NCBI GenBank assembly: GCA_963664225.1
Contig: OY760937.1
Coordinates: 3,552,001 to 3,616,000, forward strand
Source: Verrucomicrobiia bacterium
Lineage (GTDB): Bacteria; Verrucomicrobiota; Verrucomicrobiia; Limisphaerales; UBA1319
Direction: 5' to 3'
Length of the DNA stretch: 64,000 nt
Below, piece by piece: positions 63,386-64,000 of the stretch (positions within the stretch are counted from its first letter, which is position 1; every line of letters begins with the position of its first letter). The translations under genes and the position numbers were made by a program. A model generated the notes under the pieces. That model did not search any database, was not told where the DNA came from, and saw only the letters and a list, made by a program, of their open reading frames with translations.

Positions 63386-64000
63386 ATGTCAATTAAGGGA
63401 TGCCTGTCACGCGCGGGACTCTTTGTCCTCGCAATAGTGACAATGACGCGGTTGATCGTTGGCCTTGCTCAGGCTCAGGAGCCTGCCGACGCCGGTATTC
63501 GGCTGGAGCGGCGCGTCGCGGCAGAGCCTGAGTATCACCAAAAATATACGAATATTGTTGTCATCCAGGGGGGGCGAAGGCTTGTTTTTCAGCCACCTGC
63601 GGGCTGGTTTGTCCGTTTGTTGGCGGCAGATCAGAAGGTGCTCTGCCAGCCGGTGGGGGCGGGTCAATGGTTATCGTTGCAAATTGTTGCAACCAATGCC
63701 CTTGTAACTAAACCCGAAATTGTGCCGCTGGCGCTGAACGCAACCAATTCCCCCGTCGCAACCAATGCGCCTGCGCCATCGAACGCATCCCTCGTCAAGC
63801 CCGAGACGCTCGAGGGATGGTACAAGACCACCATTCCTTCCGCGAAAATCACCGAAACGCATGCAATCCGCGTCAACGGTCTGGACGCTCTGGCCGCCAC
63901 GCTGCAATATTCGGATAACGGGGCATTGCGTTTCTACCAGGCGGCTTGTGTGGATTTGTTCACGAATTTTGTCCTCGTCACCCACGCCATTCCGGGCACC
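63386..64000 (+). CDS. Secreted hypothetical protein (runs off the window)
   Basis: Manual translation MSIKGCLSRAGLFVLAIVTMTRLIVGLAQAQEPAD... stays open to the window end, with an AQA signal cleavage. Confidence 0.6.
   Translation, partial: MSIKGCLSRAGLFVLAIVTMTRLIVGLAQAQEPADAGIRLERRVAAEPEYHQKYTNIVVIQGGRRLVFQPPAGWFVRLLAADQKVLCQPVGAGQWLSLQIVATNALVTKPEIVPLALNATNSPVATNAPAPSNASLVKPETLEGWYKTTIPSAKITETHAIRVNGLDALAATLQYSDNGALRFYQAACVDLFTNFVLVTHAIPGT

Noticed and set aside
63407..63985. Short minus-strand ORFs at the window end
   Set aside because: Better explained by a plus-strand signal-peptide ORF from 63386 that runs off the window.

Overview
GC-rich bacterial chromosomal window. It is probably from Verrucomicrobiota of the Pedosphaera/Limisphaera type; this is inferred from BspA proteins with an EAxTNLxxxxW tail and the style of the PilV/W/X-like cluster. 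1-10.6 kb is an accessory region with four type II toxin-antitoxin loci (parDE, hipBA, vapBC, UPF0175/DUF3368). Two have broken toxins, and purine-rich mosaic repeats separate the first three. The region also holds cysE and a large secreted protein. 10.6-33 kb holds an ABC ATPase, two sigma54 NtrC-family regulators, a prohibitin pair, three tandem membrane-TPR paralogues, pspC, a MASE1/PAS kinase-REC-cyclase operon, a complete IS1634 with target duplication, a rhomboid and a PTS EIIA protein. It also has an unannotated sigma54-driven 42-aa N/Q-rich ORF that shares an enhancer motif with the EIIA promoter. 33-47.6 kb holds an orphan DNA methyltransferase, tyrS, uvrA, Uma2, an mtrCAB-ordered porin-cytochrome cluster (9-heme, 8-heme, beta-barrel) and a REP-flanked Y1 transposase. 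47.7-64 kb holds sugar transport and catabolism genes, two BspA LRR proteins, lepB and a sigma54-preceded minor-pilin cluster. No rRNA, tRNA or CRISPR array was seen. All calls come from motif recognition by eye; no database search was run.
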